This document shows positions 62,901 through 64,000 of a DNA stretch of 64,000 bases, in pieces. This stretch comes from Somniosus microcephalus (Eukaryota). The position numbers and the translations under genes are program-made. The DNA lies in the NCBI GenBank assembly GCA_052327205.1, contig CM126224.1, positions 64,604,001-64,668,000 of the forward strand, in the 5' to 3' direction. The notes under the pieces are model-generated. The model had not been told where the DNA came from and made no database searches. It saw only the letters and a list, made by a program, of their open reading frames with translations. How positions within the stretch are numbered: position 1 is the first letter of the stretch; each line of letters begins with the position of its first letter.

Positions 62901-64000
62901 CAATGCACTGTGGGATAGCTTTGGACAGTCAGCCCAGTGCACTGTGGGATAGATTAGGACAGTCAGCACAGTGCACTGTGGGATAAATTAGGATAGTCAG
63001 CCCAGTGCACTGTGGGATAGCTTTGGACAGTCAGCCCAGTGCACTGTGGGATAGCTTTGGACAGTCAGCCCAGTGCACTGTGGGATAGATTAGGACAGTC
63101 AGCCCAGTGCACTGTGGGATATATTAGGACAGTCAGCCCAGTGCACTGTGGGATAGATTAGGACAGTCAGCCCAGTGCACTGTGGGATAGATTAGGACAG
63201 TCAGCCCAGTGCACTGTGGGATAGCTTTGGACAGACAGCCCAGTGCACTGTGGGATAGCTTTGGACAGTCAGCCCAGTGCACTGTGGGATAGATTAGGAC
63301 AGTCAGCCCAGTGCACTGTGGGATAGATTAGGACAGTCAGCCCAGTGCACTGTGGGATAGCTTGGGACAGTCAGCCCAGTGCACTGTGGGATAGCTTGGG
63401 ACAGTCAGCCCAGTGCACTGTGGGATAGATTAGGATAGTCAGCCCAGTGCACTGTGGGATAGCTTTGGACAGTCAGCCCAGTGCACCGTGGGATAGCTTT
63501 GGACAGTCAGCCCAGTGCACTGTGGGATAGCTTTGGACAGTCAGCCCAGTGCACTGTGGGATATCTTTGGACATTCAGCCCAGTGCACTGTGGGATAGCT
63601 TTGGACAGTCAGCCCAGTGCACTGTGGGATACCTGTGGGATAGATTAGGACAGTCAGCCCAGTGCACTGTGGGATAGCTTTGGACAGTCAGCCCAGTGCA
63701 CTGTGGGATAGATTTAGGACAGACAGCCGAGTGCACTGTGGGATAGTTTGGGACAGTCAGCCCAGTGCACTGTGGGATAGCTTGGGACAGTCAGCCCAGT
63801 GCACTGTGGGATAGCTTGGGACAGTCAGCCCAGTGCACTGTGGGATAGATTTAGGACAGTCAGCCCAGTGCACTGTGGGATAGCTTGGGACAGTCAGCCC
63901 AGTGCACTGTGGGATAGATTAGGACAGTCAGCCCAGTGCACTGTGGGATAGATTAGGACAGTCAGCCCAGTGCACTGTGGGATAGATTAGGACAGTCAGC
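32945..64000. repeat. 34/35-bp satellite array, >31 kb (~910 units), ggacagtcagcccagtgcac(t/c)gtgggatag(atta/cttg/cttt/attta); continues past the window end
   Basis: Period 34 (agtcagccca at 32971 and 33005); variant units recur in higher-order blocks. Confidence 0.99.

Noticed and set aside
63560-63645. Irregular satellite units (gatatctttggacattc, gggatacctgtgggatag)
   Set aside because: Single occurrences; cannot be distinguished from sequencing error or a one-off slippage.
32945-64000. CRISPR-like appearance of ~34-bp repeats with a palindrome
   Set aside because: Head-to-tail monomers without unique spacers, no cas genes, eukaryotic context.

Overview
Eukaryotic (vertebrate) genomic DNA. 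The CR1/L2/Tx1/Penelope retroelements, DeuSINE-type SINEs and tail motifs point to a cartilaginous fish (shark); this is an inference. Bases ~301-29250 hold all 11 coding exons of ALAD (delta-aminolevulinate dehydratase / porphobilinogen synthase) on the + strand. The exons have canonical GT-AG junctions, sizes 113/51/97/136/84/89/56/88/87/130/62 nt, and total 993 nt = 330 aa + stop, matching the human gene as I recall it. The introns are filled with nested LINEs, SINEs and at least eight minisatellites, most of them G-rich on the sense strand. Downstream lie a MITE, a 49-bp minisatellite, a Penelope-like element with a minimal hammerhead ribozyme, and a >31 kb array of a 34-bp satellite with higher-order structure running off the window end. 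Main observations: (1) two arrays in the last intron are inverted homologues whose differences are mostly G:U-compatible, predicting an ~800-bp duplex in the sense pre-mRNA; (2) one segment of an LF-SINE-like repeat seeded two different minisatellites; (3) >100 canonical G-quadruplex units lie in the pre-mRNA of a heme-pathway gene; (4) ALAD has Ser at the morpheein-relevant position F12. Most ORFs in the supplied track are repeat or TE artefacts. TE boundaries are approximate and family names come from recall, not a database search.
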